From NCBI GenBank assembly GCA_964416155.1, contig CAYQCW010000003.1, positions 70,318 to 134,317 of the forward strand: a stretch of 64,000 nucleotides of DNA, read 5' to 3'. The position numbers and the translations under genes are program-made. This stretch comes from an uncultured Nitrososphaerota archaeon (lineage in GTDB: Archaea; Thermoproteota; EX4484-205; JAAOZP01). Below are positions 52,908-63,173 of this stretch, one piece after another. Within the stretch, counting starts at the first letter, position 1; every line of letters begins with the position of its first letter. The notes under the pieces were generated by a model. It ran no database searches. It was given only the letters and a program-made list of their open reading frames with translations, and was not told the origin of the DNA.

Positions 52908-53557
52908 GTCCCCACCTTCTTCGCCTCACTGACGAATTTGAAAACCTTCTCACGGTCTTTAACACCTGGTTTGGTTTCAACACCTGTTGAAACATCCACC
53001 CCATACGGTTTGACTGTTGACACAGCTATCCCAACGTTGTCAGGTGTTAAACCTCCCGCTAGAATTAGTGGCTTAGGCTGGATCGCATCCCTTATTATTC
53101 TGCTAACCCTCCAGTCGTGAGCCTCGCCGGAGCCTCCTAACCCACCGTTTCTCAAACTATCCAGCAAAACCATTTTGAAAAGCCCAGAGTACTCGACTGC
53201 AAGCTCCAACGCGTTGGAAAACCTAGCGTTAACCACTCCTATCACGTCCCCCCTTAGAAAACCTTCCTTAGCTAGGTTGACTAGTAGGCTCGGCTCACCG
53301 TGAAGCTGAAGATAATCAGCACCAAGGTCTAAAACCTTCTTCAAGCCTTCTAAGTCCCTGAGGACAGTGACAGCGACACTGCTGACACTACTTGGAATCA
53401 TTGAGATTAAATGTGCAGCATCCCGATTCCTGAGACTTCTCGGAGAGGAGGGCACATCAACTATGAACCCGACGATATCGGCTCCAGCACTTATAGCATC
53501 CTCAAGATCCTCCATCCTCGTTATCCCACATATCTTAACCTTAACCATTCTGATCAA
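52904..53557 (-). CDS. trpF: Phosphoribosylanthranilate isomerase
   Basis: [31 protein letters not shown]. Confidence 0.95.
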   Translation of the reverse strand: MIRMVKVKICGITRMEDLEDAISAGADIVGFIVDVPSSPRSLRNRDAAHLISMIPSSVSSVAVTVLRDLEGLKKVLDLGADYLQLHGEPSLLVNLAKEGFLRGDVIGVVNARFSNALELAVEYSGLFKMVLLDSLRNGGLGGSGEAHDWRVSRIIRDAIQPKPLILAGGLTPDNVGIAVSTVKPYGVDVSTGVETKPGVKDREKVFKFVSEAKKVGT

Positions 53558-54336
53558 GCCTCAACAAGCAGCCTAACCTTCTCAACAACGTTATCCGCGA
53601 GCATTATCGTAGTCCCCACTAGGAATGCTTTTGCACCGGCTTTTTTGAGGAGACGTATGTGCGTGGGAGATTCTATTCCGCTCTCGCTTACAACCACCTT
53701 GCCATGATGATTATGCTTACTGAGTATTCTGCCAGTAGTGTTAATATCAGTATTCAGAGTGGAGAGGCTCCTGTTGTTTATGCCAATCATATCCGCCTCA
53801 GAGACTACTGCCTTAAGGAACTCTTCCTCCGTATGTGCTTCAAGCAGCACCTCCAAGCCGTAGGAATGAGTAAGCCTAATCATCTCCCCTAACTCAACCT
53901 CTGAATACCCTCTGTCGAATAACGCTTGAATAAGCAGAACAGCATCCGCCCCGATTCTTGAAGCAGCCTCAACTTGAACCCGGCTTATAATAAAATCCTT
54001 CATCAGAAGGGGAAGCCCCACGGTCCTCCTAATCAGGTTGAACACCTTTATGGAGCCTTGGAAATGAGTTGGCTCCGTCAGGATTGAAATCCCAGTGGCC
54101 CCAGCCTTCTCCATCGACGAGACTGTTTCCTCCACGCTCCTAATCCTCTTGAAAACTCCCTTCGAAGGAGACGCTGGCTTAAACTCGGTTATAACGGGAT
54201 TTTTAACGCATGAAAGTATAGCTTTTTTCAAACTAATCTTCTCATGTCTAACAGGCGTAACGTTGTAGTAGCCTGATCCTATAGTTTTCCTAACGTCTTC
54301 AACAACTATGTCTAAGAAGTCAGCCATTCTTCTCAA
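53554..54336 (-). CDS. trpC: Indole-3-glycerol phosphate synthase
   Basis: EFKPASPSKG, SILTEP, LMKDFI, GINNR, VSESGI. Confidence 0.95.
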   Translation of the reverse strand: MRRMADFLDIVVEDVRKTIGSGYYNVTPVRHEKISLKKAILSCVKNPVITEFKPASPSKGVFKRIRSVEETVSSMEKAGATGISILTEPTHFQGSIKVFNLIRRTVGLPLLMKDFIISRVQVEAASRIGADAVLLIQALFDRGYSEVELGEMIRLTHSYGLEVLLEAHTEEEFLKAVVSEADMIGINNRSLSTLNTDINTTGRILSKHNHHGKVVVSESGIESPTHIRLLKKAGAKAFLVGTTIMLADNVVEKVRLLVEA

Positions 54337-55387
54337 GCTCCTCTATAACAGAAAGACTTCCACCACTATACTTTATGAATGACTTAAGCTTCTCGTAGGC
54401 TGACCCGTTTTCAACAGATTCCCTAGCGACTTCAACCCCTTCACTAAGTCTCCTAGCCCTACCACCAATCATGATTGCTGCAGCTGCATTCACCAGAACC
54501 ATGTCTCGTTTCGGAGTAAGATTCTGATCATTGTTAACACGGTTACTCAATATTTTAAAGGCTATCTTAACACTCTCCTCCTTAGAGTAAACTTCGATAA
54601 GGCTTCTGCTAGCCTTTTTCAAACCTAGGTCCTTAGGCTCTATGTATTTTGAAGAAACCCTACCGTTTTCCACCAGTATCATCCTCGTCCTACCTACAAT
54701 AGAGATTTCGTCTAAGCCGTCTAAGCCATGCACAACTATCGCGCTCTCAGTCCCCAGGTTTCTAAGAGTGTTTGAAAGAGGTTTCAGGAGGCTTTCATGG
54801 TAAACTCCTAGCAGCTGAGCGTTAGCACCAGCAGGATTAGTCAATGGTCCGAGTATGTTGAATACGGTTCTCACCCCGATCTCCCTTCTTGGTCCGATTG
54901 CATGCTTCATGGCAGGATGGAAAACAGGGGCGAACATGAATCCTATTCCAACATCCTCTATGGATTTCTCCACCATCTCCGGAGTCATATTGAGGTTGAA
55001 GCCCAATGCTTCAAGAAGGTCCGCACTACCACACTTACTCGTGACTGAACGGTTCCCATGTTTGGCGACAGGTACTCCGGCTCCAGCAGCAACGAAGGCA
55101 GCTATCGTGCTCACGTTGAAAGTCTTAACATTATCTCCGCCTGTTCCACAAGTGTCTACGAGCCTGCCGTTAACCCTTGGCCTTATCTGGCGGCAGAATC
55201 TTCTCATCACGGATGCGAACGCGGTGACCTCCTCAACAGTCTCACCCTTCATTCTTAAAGCGGTTAGGAAGGAGGCTATTTGTGCCTCACTCGCATTCCC
55301 AGACATTATTTCAGACATGGCTTCCTCAGCCTCAGTCATCGTCAGGTTCTTACCTTCAACAAGCTTCGCTATACATTCTCTTATCAA
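54320..55387 (-). CDS. trpD: Anthranilate phosphoribosyltransferase
   Basis: DTCGTGGD, KHGNRSVTSKCGSAD, RTVFNILGPLTNP, GLDE. Confidence 0.96.
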   Translation of the reverse strand: MIRECIAKLVEGKNLTMTEAEEAMSEIMSGNASEAQIASFLTALRMKGETVEEVTAFASVMRRFCRQIRPRVNGRLVDTCGTGGDNVKTFNVSTIAAFVAAGAGVPVAKHGNRSVTSKCGSADLLEALGFNLNMTPEMVEKSIEDVGIGFMFAPVFHPAMKHAIGPRREIGVRTVFNILGPLTNPAGANAQLLGVYHESLLKPLSNTLRNLGTESAIVVHGLDGLDEISIVGRTRMILVENGRVSSKYIEPKDLGLKKASRSLIEVYSKEESVKIAFKILSNRVNNDQNLTPKRDMVLVNAAAAIMIGGRARRLSEGVEVARESVENGSAYEKLKSFIKYSGGSLSVIEELEKNG

Positions 55388-55974
55388 GCTCGGACACCTT
55401 TATCCAGAAAATTCTTCAGGATCCTCTTCCCCTCCCGGGTTAGAATAGACTCCGGGTGGAACTGTATTCCTTCAACAGGATACTCGACGTGCCTCAGACC
55501 CATGACCTCGCAGTCCTCGAGTGAGTAGGCAGATATCTTTAGGCAGGAGGGCATTTTGAAAGCGTTTACAACCAGGGAATGGTAACGTGTCGCTTCAAAT
55601 GGGTTTGAAATACCTTTGAAAACGCTTTCCCCATCGTGTCTTATCATGCTGGTCTTCCCATGCATAACTCTGCTGGCGTGAGAAACTTTCCCTCCGAACG
55701 CGTATGCAATACCCTGGTGGCCGAGACATATTCCTAAGACTGGGGTCCTTTTTCCGAGGCTACGTATTATTGAAGCACAGTTTCCGAAATACTTCTTGTC
55801 CTGAGGTGTACCTGGACCAGGTGATATCACTATCCTGTCGGGCTTGAGACGCCTCGCCTTACTCAAGCTTATCGCATCGTTTCTGAGCACGATTACTGAG
55901 GCACCGAGTTCACCCATGTATTGAGCAATATTGTAGACGAAGGAATCATAATTATCTATTAGCAGAATCCTCAT
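55384..55974 (-). CDS. trpG: Anthranilate synthase component II
   Basis: IDNYDSF, SPGPG, GICLGHQ, RYHSL, QFHPES. Confidence 0.95.
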   Translation of the reverse strand: MRILLIDNYDSFVYNIAQYMGELGASVIVLRNDAISLSKARRLKPDRIVISPGPGTPQDKKYFGNCASIIRSLGKRTPVLGICLGHQGIAYAFGGKVSHASRVMHGKTSMIRHDGESVFKGISNPFEATRYHSLVVNAFKMPSCLKISAYSLEDCEVMGLRHVEYPVEGIQFHPESILTREGKRILKNFLDKGVRA

Positions 55975-57386
55975 TTTCTTCCACCAGCCTGGTTTAAAGC
56001 CTTCATTAAAGCTCCAGCCTTATACTCTGTTTCAAACCACTCCCGCTCAGGATCAGAGTCAGCCACGATCCCCGCACCCACCTGGATATGCCCCCTGTTC
56101 TTGTTCACGAGAAGTGTTCTAATCGTTATGGCGAAGTCAGCATTACCATTATACGAGAAGTAGCCCACCGCACCTGCATAAGGCCCTCGCCTCGTAGGCT
56201 CAAGCTCCTCTATTATCTCAATCGCCCTAATCTTTGGGGCGCCTGACACTGTTCCAGCAGGTAGCATCGCCCTTAAAGCATCGAAGCAATCCTTCTCAGG
56301 TGAAAGAAGCCCCGTAACCTTAGACACGATGTGTTGAACATGACTATACTCGTGAACAACCATAAACTCAGGCACTTTTACAGACCCATATTCTGAAACT
56401 CTTCCAACATCGTTCCTAGCAAGGTCCACGAGCATTACGTGCTCCGCCCGCTCCTTAGGGTCTGCGAGAAGCTCCCTTGCCAATGCACTATTCCTCTCCC
56501 GATCCCCAGTTTTCTGGCAGGTGCCTGCTATAGGATATGTTTCAACAACCCTGTTCTCAACCCTAACAAGCATCTCCGGGCTTGAGCCAATTACCCATCT
56601 TTCACCATGCTTCAGAAAATACATGTATGGAGAGGGATTGATGCTTCTCAACGCCCTGTAGAAGCGGAGTAGGCTTCCCTGAATATTGAAGCTATACCGC
56701 TTAGAGAAGACGACTTGAAAAATATCACCGTTGAAAACATACTGCTTAGCCTTATTGACGAGAACCTCAAAATCTTCTTTACAAATATTTGGCTTAGGCT
56801 TGCTGAACTCAAGCTCTCCAATGTTTTTACTGGACCTAAGCTTTCCCTTCAGCTCACTAACCCTGTTTTCACCAGTATGAAAATAGTACGCTCTTCTTTT
56901 AGAATGTTCAAAAACAATCCCGTCTCCGTAAACTCCCATCTCCAGATCCGGGAAGCCGAGGTCATCAAGAGTAGTTGATGGGAGATTCTCCCAGTACCTG
57001 ACAGCGTCGTAAGAAATATAGCCGACTGCCCCACCGGCAAACCGGAAGGCCTCGTGGAAAAACCTTTTAACATAAACCTCCTCTCTAATAATCTCCAGCG
57101 GGTCATCCGTATCCATCATGACCCTGCCTTCACCTAGAATCTCTGTCTTCCCATCCTTAACCTTGATAATCTTACTCGGGTTGAAGCCTATGAAGGAGAA
57201 TTCAGCAAGCCTCCTTGGGCCTTCAACAGACTCTAAAAGGTAAACGTATTCATAATCGTCAACCAGCTTAGAGAAAACCTTGATAGGGTTCTCATATTGG
57301 ATTTCTTTTACGTCAAGCTTCAGGTTTTTCTGGAGCAACCTATTTGCCAGACGCTTTTGAACAGCAGCATGCTTTCCCCGCACCAC
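55971..57386 (-). CDS. trpE: Anthranilate synthase component I
   Basis: LLES, NPSPYMY, SSPE, EHVMLVDLARND, PAGTVSGAPK, GAGIVADS. Confidence 0.95.
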   Translation of the reverse strand: MVRGKHAAVQKRLANRLLQKNLKLDVKEIQYENPIKVFSKLVDDYEYVYLLESVEGPRRLAEFSFIGFNPSKIIKVKDGKTEILGEGRVMMDTDDPLEIIREEVYVKRFFHEAFRFAGGAVGYISYDAVRYWENLPSTTLDDLGFPDLEMGVYGDGIVFEHSKRRAYYFHTGENRVSELKGKLRSSKNIGELEFSKPKPNICKEDFEVLVNKAKQYVFNGDIFQVVFSKRYSFNIQGSLLRFYRALRSINPSPYMYFLKHGERWVIGSSPEMLVRVENRVVETYPIAGTCQKTGDRERNSALARELLADPKERAEHVMLVDLARNDVGRVSEYGSVKVPEFMVVHEYSHVQHIVSKVTGLLSPEKDCFDALRAMLPAGTVSGAPKIRAIEIIEELEPTRRGPYAGAVGYFSYNGNADFAITIRTLLVNKNRGHIQVGAGIVADSDPEREWFETEYKAGALMKALNQAGGRK

Positions 57387-57427
57387 AGGACGGGGCCGGA
57401 AAAAGCAATATATAAAAAGTTTTGTTT

Positions 57428-57441
57428 AAATGTATACATTT
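57428..57441. promoter_or_regulatory. Perfect 14-bp palindrome next to the trpE promoter
   Basis: AAATGTATACATTT lies just upstream of a minus-strand TTTATATA box (about 57408-57416). Confidence 0.4.
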
Positions 57442-57639
57442 GTGCATCCGAACATTTAACCACTCTTATTGAGTCTAAAGGGAAAAGGCTTCTTCCGGGT
57501 AACCTTTGCGTGTAGTAGAATTAGCCTTTTAAGGTGACGTTTCCTCTAGCCCATATTCCTAGACTTCCCCTCTTCGCTAAAGCCTGCTGGCAAAGGAAAC
57601 CGATAAATAGGCACCCTTAGGGAGAAAGAAGACTATCAG

Positions 57640-57936
57640 ATGAGTGGGAAAAAAGTGATCTCAAAGGAGGAAATACTGCATTACGCTAAGCTTTGCAGAA
57701 TATCTGTAAGCGAGACCGAGGTTGAAAAACTCGAGAAAAACATTAATGAGATACTGGAGTACTTCGATACTATAAGAAGCCTCCGGCTGGATGCGGAGCC
57801 AATGACGTATGTTACTGAGGTTAATGAGTCCCTGAGAGAAGATGAGCCGGCTGAAACTCTCGTGGAAGATGATGTCTTCAAGAATGCGGAGGAAAGAGAA
57901 GAGAAATGGTTCGTTTCAGGTCAAGTATTGGGGTGA
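57640..57936 (+). CDS. gatC: Asp/Glu-tRNA amidotransferase subunit C
   Basis: HYAKLCRI..ILEYFDTI..LREDEP. Precedes gatA. Confidence 0.85.
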   Translation: MSGKKVISKEEILHYAKLCRISVSETEVEKLEKNINEILEYFDTIRSLRLDAEPMTYVTEVNESLREDEPAETLVEDDVFKNAEEREEKWFVSGQVLG

Positions 57937-59363
57937 ACAGTATTTTAGAGCAAGCCAGGGTAAAAGAAGAGCTTACTGACCCTGTGGAAAAGGCTTACAG
58001 GGCTATTGAAAAAATTGAGGCAGCCAAACAGTTAAACGCTTTCTTAACAGTCGACAGGGAGGGGGCCCTCAGGAAGGCTGAGGAGCTTAAGCGTAGGATT
58101 GAGAAGGGTGAGAAAATGGGGAGGCTGGCGGGTCTAATGGTAGCAGTTAAAGACAATATTTCCACGAAGGGCCTTAGGACAACATGCTCCTCTAAAATGC
58201 TTGAAAACTATGTTCCAGTCTATGATGCCACGGTTATTGAGAGGATAAGGAGGGAGGACGGCATCATAATAGGTAAGACCAATATGGATGAGTTTGCAAT
58301 GGGTTCAAGCACAGAAACCTCTTTCTTCGGCCCCACGAGGAACTTTTTCGACCACTCCAGGGTTGCCGGAGGAAGCAGCGGGGGGAGTGCGGTTGCAGCA
58401 GCATGCGGGGCTGTGGAGATTGCCTTGGGAAGCGACACTGGCGGATCTATAAGGAACCCGGCTGCATTCAACTCAATCGTCGGGTTAAAGCCGACGTACG
58501 GTAGGGTTTCACGCTACGGTTTAATAGCGTACGGGAGCAGCCTTGACCAAATAGGGCCGATGGCTAGGAACACTTTATCTGCAGCCCTGTTGCTTCAAGT
58601 AATAGCTGGAAAGGATTTGCGTGATTCAACTACCTCAGGCCAACCTGTGCCGAACTATGTTGAGGAGGCTTTGAAGAATGTGGGTGGGCTTAAAATCGGC
58701 GTGATAAAAGAAGGTTTCGAAAACGTTAATGAAAAAATTTCAAGTAAAGTCTATGATGCTATAGGGGTTCTTGAGAAGGTTGGGTGCCTTATTAAAGAGG
58801 TCTCAATGCCCCTCATGAAGCATGCGCTTCCAGCCTACTACATAATAGCGATGGCTGAGTGCTCAAGCAACCTAGCCAGGTTCGACGGTATCCGTTATGG
58901 TGGTAAGCGTGCAGAAGGCAGGTGGGAGGACCAGCTTGTTAAGGTTAGGACTGAGTGTTTCGGGGAAGAGGTTAAGAGAAGGATTTTCCTAGGTACCTTC
59001 GTGCTATCCGCAGGCTATAAGGAGGATTTTTACATAAAGGCCTGTAGAGTCAGGAGAAAGATACATAGCGACTTCAAACTTCTGTTTAAGGATTTCGATG
59101 TTTTAGCGATGCCGACAATGCCTGTCCTACCTTGGAGGATAGGTGGACTCCTGTCCCCGCTGGAGATGTACATGATGGATGTGGAAACCGTTGCAGTTAA
59201 TCTTGCTGGGCTACCTGCGATAAGTGTTCCAGCAGGCTTCGTCGATTCGCTTCCCGTTGGTCTTCAACTAATAGGGAACCATTTCGAGGAGACAACCCTG
59301 CTAAAGTTATCCTATGCTTATGAGTGTGAAACCGATTTCACCAAGTGGCTCAAGCCCGGCTAG
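57906..59363 (+). CDS. gatA: Asp/Glu-tRNA amidotransferase subunit A (likely start GTG 57933)
   Basis: AVKDNI, GKTNMDEFAMGSS, GGSSGGSA, GSDTGGSIR, SSNLARFDG, EVKRRI.LG. Confidence 0.93.
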   Translation: MVRFRSSIGVNSILEQARVKEELTDPVEKAYRAIEKIEAAKQLNAFLTVDREGALRKAEELKRRIEKGEKMGRLAGLMVAVKDNISTKGLRTTCSSKMLENYVPVYDATVIERIRREDGIIIGKTNMDEFAMGSSTETSFFGPTRNFFDHSRVAGGSSGGSAVAAACGAVEIALGSDTGGSIRNPAAFNSIVGLKPTYGRVSRYGLIAYGSSLDQIGPMARNTLSAALLLQVIAGKDLRDSTTSGQPVPNYVEEALKNVGGLKIGVIKEGFENVNEKISSKVYDAIGVLEKVGCLIKEVSMPLMKHALPAYYIIAMAECSSNLARFDGIRYGGKRAEGRWEDQLVKVRTECFGEEVKRRIFLGTFVLSAGYKEDFYIKACRVRRKIHSDFKLLFKDFDVLAMPTMPVLPWRIGGLLSPLEMYMMDVETVAVNLAGLPAISVPAGFVDSLPVGLQLIGNHFEETTLLKLSYAYECETDFTKWLKPG

Positions 59364-59405
59364 CCTAGGAAAGGGTTAAAAAGGGTTTTAACATTCTTCC
59401 GGGAG

Positions 59406-60503
59406 ATGGCTCAGAAAGCTCGTATGCTGTTGATACCCGGCCCGATAGCCCTGCCTGAAAGGGTTTTGAAAGCTATGGCTAAACCCATCATAAACCATAG
59501 GGGCGAAGAGTTCCAGGTCCTTTACGAGAAGGTTGAAGAAAGCCTGAAAAGCGTTTTCAAAACTGAGAACAATGTCTACGTTATAAGCGGCTCGGGGACC
59601 GCGGGTGTGGACATGGTTTTTCAGAATTTTGTCTATGAGAATGAGAAAGTGCTTATACCGGATTTCGGAGAATTCACCGGAAGGATTGTGGAGAACGCTT
59701 TGAAGGTTGGCGCTAAGCCCGTCGTCGTTAAATCAGAGTGGGGAAGTCTACCAAGCCTCAGAAGCATAGTGGACGCGGTTGAGAACAATAACGTGGAAAG
59801 CATCTTCATAGTGCATAATGAAACCTCTACGGGAGTAACCTTCAGAGCGATGGAGGAGGTTGCCAACATTGCTAGAAAGAGAGGGATCCTGGTTTTCGTG
59901 GACACGGTTTCAGATCTTGGTGTTGAACCCTTCTACACAGATAGGCTTGGTGTTGATGTCTGTGTGACCGCAAGCCAAAAGGGGCTCGGCGGGCCTCCAG
60001 GCTTATCCTTCGTCTCAGTAAGTGGGAAGGCATTAGACAAGGGTTTGAAAAATCCTAGACGAAGAAGCTTCTACCTAGATGTTGAGAAGATTCACCGGTT
60101 CCATCTTAGGAGGGAAACTCCCTTTACGCCCGCGGTGCCGTTGATATACGGTATGGCTGAAGCGCTTGAAATATTAAAAGAAGAAGGGTATGAAGAGCGG
60201 ATAAGGAGGCATTCTGAGAACGCTAGAATGATATATGAATTCTTGGAGTCAGAGAACATTGAGGTTTTCCCACGTAATAAAGAATACTGGTCTACGGCGA
60301 TAATAGTTTTCAAAAACACTGGTCTTAATGCTGACGTAATAATCAAGAGGCTATATGAAGAGTATGGGATCCTGATAGCAAGAGGAATGGGTAAGCTGAG
60401 GAATGAAACAACTAGAATAGGCAATGTGGGTTACGAGGGGAGAGCCGAGATAGAGTATTTCCTGGACTCGTTTAGAAAAGTGTTGAAGGATACTGGTAGA
60501 TAA
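59406..60503 (+). CDS. Class V aminotransferase (serine-pyruvate/alanine-glyoxylate type)
   Basis: LLIPGP, SGSGT, HNETSTG, VDTVS, ASQKGLGGPPG, TPFTP, RIGNVG. Confidence 0.9.
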   Translation: MAQKARMLLIPGPIALPERVLKAMAKPIINHRGEEFQVLYEKVEESLKSVFKTENNVYVISGSGTAGVDMVFQNFVYENEKVLIPDFGEFTGRIVENALKVGAKPVVVKSEWGSLPSLRSIVDAVENNNVESIFIVHNETSTGVTFRAMEEVANIARKRGILVFVDTVSDLGVEPFYTDRLGVDVCVTASQKGLGGPPGLSFVSVSGKALDKGLKNPRRRSFYLDVEKIHRFHLRRETPFTPAVPLIYGMAEALEILKEEGYEERIRRHSENARMIYEFLESENIEVFPRNKEYWSTAIIVFKNTGLNADVIIKRLYEEYGILIARGMGKLRNETTRIGNVGYEGRAEIEYFLDSFRKVLKDTGR

Positions 60504-60759
60504 CTTGATTAACATGTGCAACACGCGGAATCCTCGTTTAAAAAAAAGCACATTAAAACCTAGGGCATAATGCTTAATTATTATTCTCACCTAGACCGAA
60601 GAGTGACGCATGACAACAGTGTTTTCAGCCGGACTATTCAAGGTTGAAAAGGAATGATCTGCTTGACGTCTTTCCTCCCCGCAGCGGCCTAGGTTTAAAA
60701 TCGGATCTTTAACATGCCACGTCTGCCTAAGCGGGCAGAAGCATTACTCGGAAGAGCTT

Positions 60760-61090
60760 AGAATAGAGAGACTGGAGAACGAGGAAGGCTTAAGGATTGG
60801 GGAGGCCGTTAAGCTGGAAGATGTTGTGCTGATGCTTTGACGGGACCCTTGGCTTCTCCTAGAGGAGTTTGGAGACTTGGTCAGGGAGAAAAACCGAATT
60901 AGGTCTTTGGAAAGCCCTCCGGTAAGCTGGTGCAGTCAGTATCCCTTCCGATTAGGCGTCAGCGAGGAACGCGTCTTGGAGAACGCCAGTATCGGGGCTG
61001 AGCGTTTAAAGAGCCTTGGGTTTAAGAATATTCAGGTCGACCTAGGATGGGAGAAGAACTATCTGCCAAGCTCATATGATGAGAACGAGG
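60760..61090 (+). pseudogene. Truncated alpha-galactosidase (GH36-like) remnant
   Basis: An in-frame TGA at about 60838 precedes DPWLLLEEFGDLV..PVSWCSQY..ERVLENA..IQVDLGW. Similarity ends at about 61090. Confidence 0.5.
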
Positions 61091-61354
61091 CAGTTAGAGC
61101 CATTTTTGACAACCGCCCAGCGATGGTGCCACCCGGGGCTAACGGCTCCTTAGTAATCCCGATGATTCCCGGCGAGAATCCTTTACACTGGGAATGCTTC
61201 GAACAACGGTAGCTAACTCTTCACAGATATCACTGGCCATGTAAAAGTCGGTTAGTTGGGCAAGGCTTCTTGAAAGACCTGCTTAGGTATGCGTGCTGCG
61301 AATAGCCGCTTATTGAAGCCTCCTTTGTTGACGAGGCATTATTCAGTGTAATGT

Positions 61355-61699
61355 TTAGAGTAACCCCACTACTCCGATTCCGACGAGGGCCAGAACCACG
61401 ATTATAACCGCGAAGATTATTGCTGCGACAATGGCTATTACAAGGGCTTTCAACCATCCGCAGTCGAAGAAGTGTTTGATAAGCGCCAGCCAAATTATAA
61501 ATGTGACCAAAGCCGAAATCCAGCCGCTGAGGAAAGCGCCGACAACCGTACCTAAGACCACCCCTAAAACAACTATCCAAATGGCATCAGTGAACTTGGC
61601 CTTACCTTTTCCTGCAAGCATTCTTCCCGCGATCCATAGTACTGGAGCAACTATAATGATACTGACAATGATCTGAACCAAGACCCCAACTATATTCAT
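61355..61699 (-). CDS. Small 4-TM membrane protein
   Basis: 114 aa, almost entirely hydrophobic, with IKHFFDCGWLKAL. Confidence 0.7.
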   Translation of the reverse strand: MNIVGVLVQIIVSIIIVAPVLWIAGRMLAGKGKAKFTDAIWIVVLGVVLGTVVGAFLSGWISALVTFIIWLALIKHFFDCGWLKALVIAIVAAIIFAVIIVVLALVGIGVVGLL

Positions 61700-62102
61700 C
61701 CCGTCTTACCTTCCCGCGCCAAGGAGAAACACCAATGCTTTTAAGCTTTATGGACTCGAAATCAATGACGCTTAAAGGAAGAGAAAGTTGGAAGCTTTTG
61801 CCCTCAATGCTTTTAAGTACCAATACTTGCCTACGTCTCATCATCCAGTTAAATGAGACTGCTTAAACATTAACTTTCTGATTCTTGGTGAATCATTTCA
61901 AGCGCATGTTCTTTCTTCACTTCTATAATACCATCTAGAGAACGCTAAAAAAGACTGAATAGCAACTAGGCTTTCAAGACGTGTGCTAATAGAGCGACAT
62001 AGAAATTTAAACCATAATAGCATATCCTAAAACATATTTTATATGCATTAAAAAAAAATAAAAAGCCGATTTTTAATACTATTCTGTGGAAGTGAGAAGA
62101 AG

Positions 62103-62204
62103 ATGGAGGAGAAAACTTCCCCATTAGGTGTGTTTCCCCTCATCCCTACTGAAGACTTATGGACTAACCAAGACTCGTCTGGAATAGAACCTTTATGCAG
62201 ATAA
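62103..62204 (+). CDS. Possible 33-aa small ORF ahead of the ABC exporter
   Basis: MEEKTSPLGVFPLIPTEDLWTNQDSSGIEPLCR*, downstream of an AT-rich promoter-like region. Confidence 0.3.
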   Translation: MEEKTSPLGVFPLIPTEDLWTNQDSSGIEPLCR

Positions 62205-62231
62205 AATAACAAGCATGGTACGCAGTTTCAA

Positions 62232-63173
62232 ATGAATGCAATAGAGGCCTATGATCTTACAAAAGTGTATCCTAACGGGACTATCGGAAATAATAAAGTA
62301 AGTGTTGAAGTAAAAGATGGAGAAATTTTTGTACTTCTAGGACCTAATGGGGCAGGGAAAACCACTTTCGTGAGAATGGTTACAACAGAGCTTAGACCAA
62401 CCTCTGGCAGGCTTTTCGTCATGGGCTACGATGTTTTGAAAAACCCGATTAAAATTAAGGAAATTATAGGAGTGATACCACAAGGTGCCCATCCCTTTTT
62501 TGACTTAACAGTTGAAGAGCACGTTTTTTATTTAGTGAGGCTTAGGGGGTTCTCGAAGGAACAAGCATTAAAAATTACAGAAAAAGCGATCCAAATTCAG
62601 GAATTAGAAGAATATCGGAGGAGTCTTGTTCGCACGCTTTCCAATGGCCTTCAGAAACGTGTTCTCATAGCCTCTGCCTTGGCCCATGAACCTAAAATCC
62701 TTATATTGGATGAGCCTACTGCTGGGCTGGATCCCGTGGCGCGTAAAAATATGCTTGAACACCTCGAACAATTAAAGAAAAAGGGGACTACGATACTCTT
62801 TACTACGCATTATGTTGATGAGGCTGAAAAAATAGCGAACAGAATTGGAATAATAAGAAACGGCCGTCTCATACTATGCAAGTCGCCTAAAGAAATAATT
62901 ACAGGCGTCGGGTATCGGCATAAGCTCATCATATATGAGAGCAGTGTTGATTTTTCGAAGATAGAAAACATATTTGTAGCAAAAGGAGAAGATGTTAAGA
63001 TTATAAGGGATGCTGGTGCTGTTGAGTTAAGATTTTCCGAGATTTCTGAAAAAAGCATGCTTGAATTGTTCCGTTTTCTAAAACAAAACAATCTAAAATT
63101 TATCTTTTCACATATTTCTTTGGAAGATATCTATATAGAAATGATGGAGGGAGAAAAAGATGAGATACAGTAA
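62232..63173 (+). CDS. ABC-2 type exporter ATP-binding protein
   Basis: GPNGAGKT, LSNGLQKRV, LDEPTAGLDP, TTHY. Confidence 0.92.
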   Translation: MNAIEAYDLTKVYPNGTIGNNKVSVEVKDGEIFVLLGPNGAGKTTFVRMVTTELRPTSGRLFVMGYDVLKNPIKIKEIIGVIPQGAHPFFDLTVEEHVFYLVRLRGFSKEQALKITEKAIQIQELEEYRRSLVRTLSNGLQKRVLIASALAHEPKILILDEPTAGLDPVARKNMLEHLEQLKKKGTTILFTTHYVDEAEKIANRIGIIRNGRLILCKSPKEIITGVGYRHKLIIYESSVDFSKIENIFVAKGEDVKIIRDAGAVELRFSEISEKSMLELFRFLKQNNLKFIFSHISLEDIYIEMMEGEKDEIQ

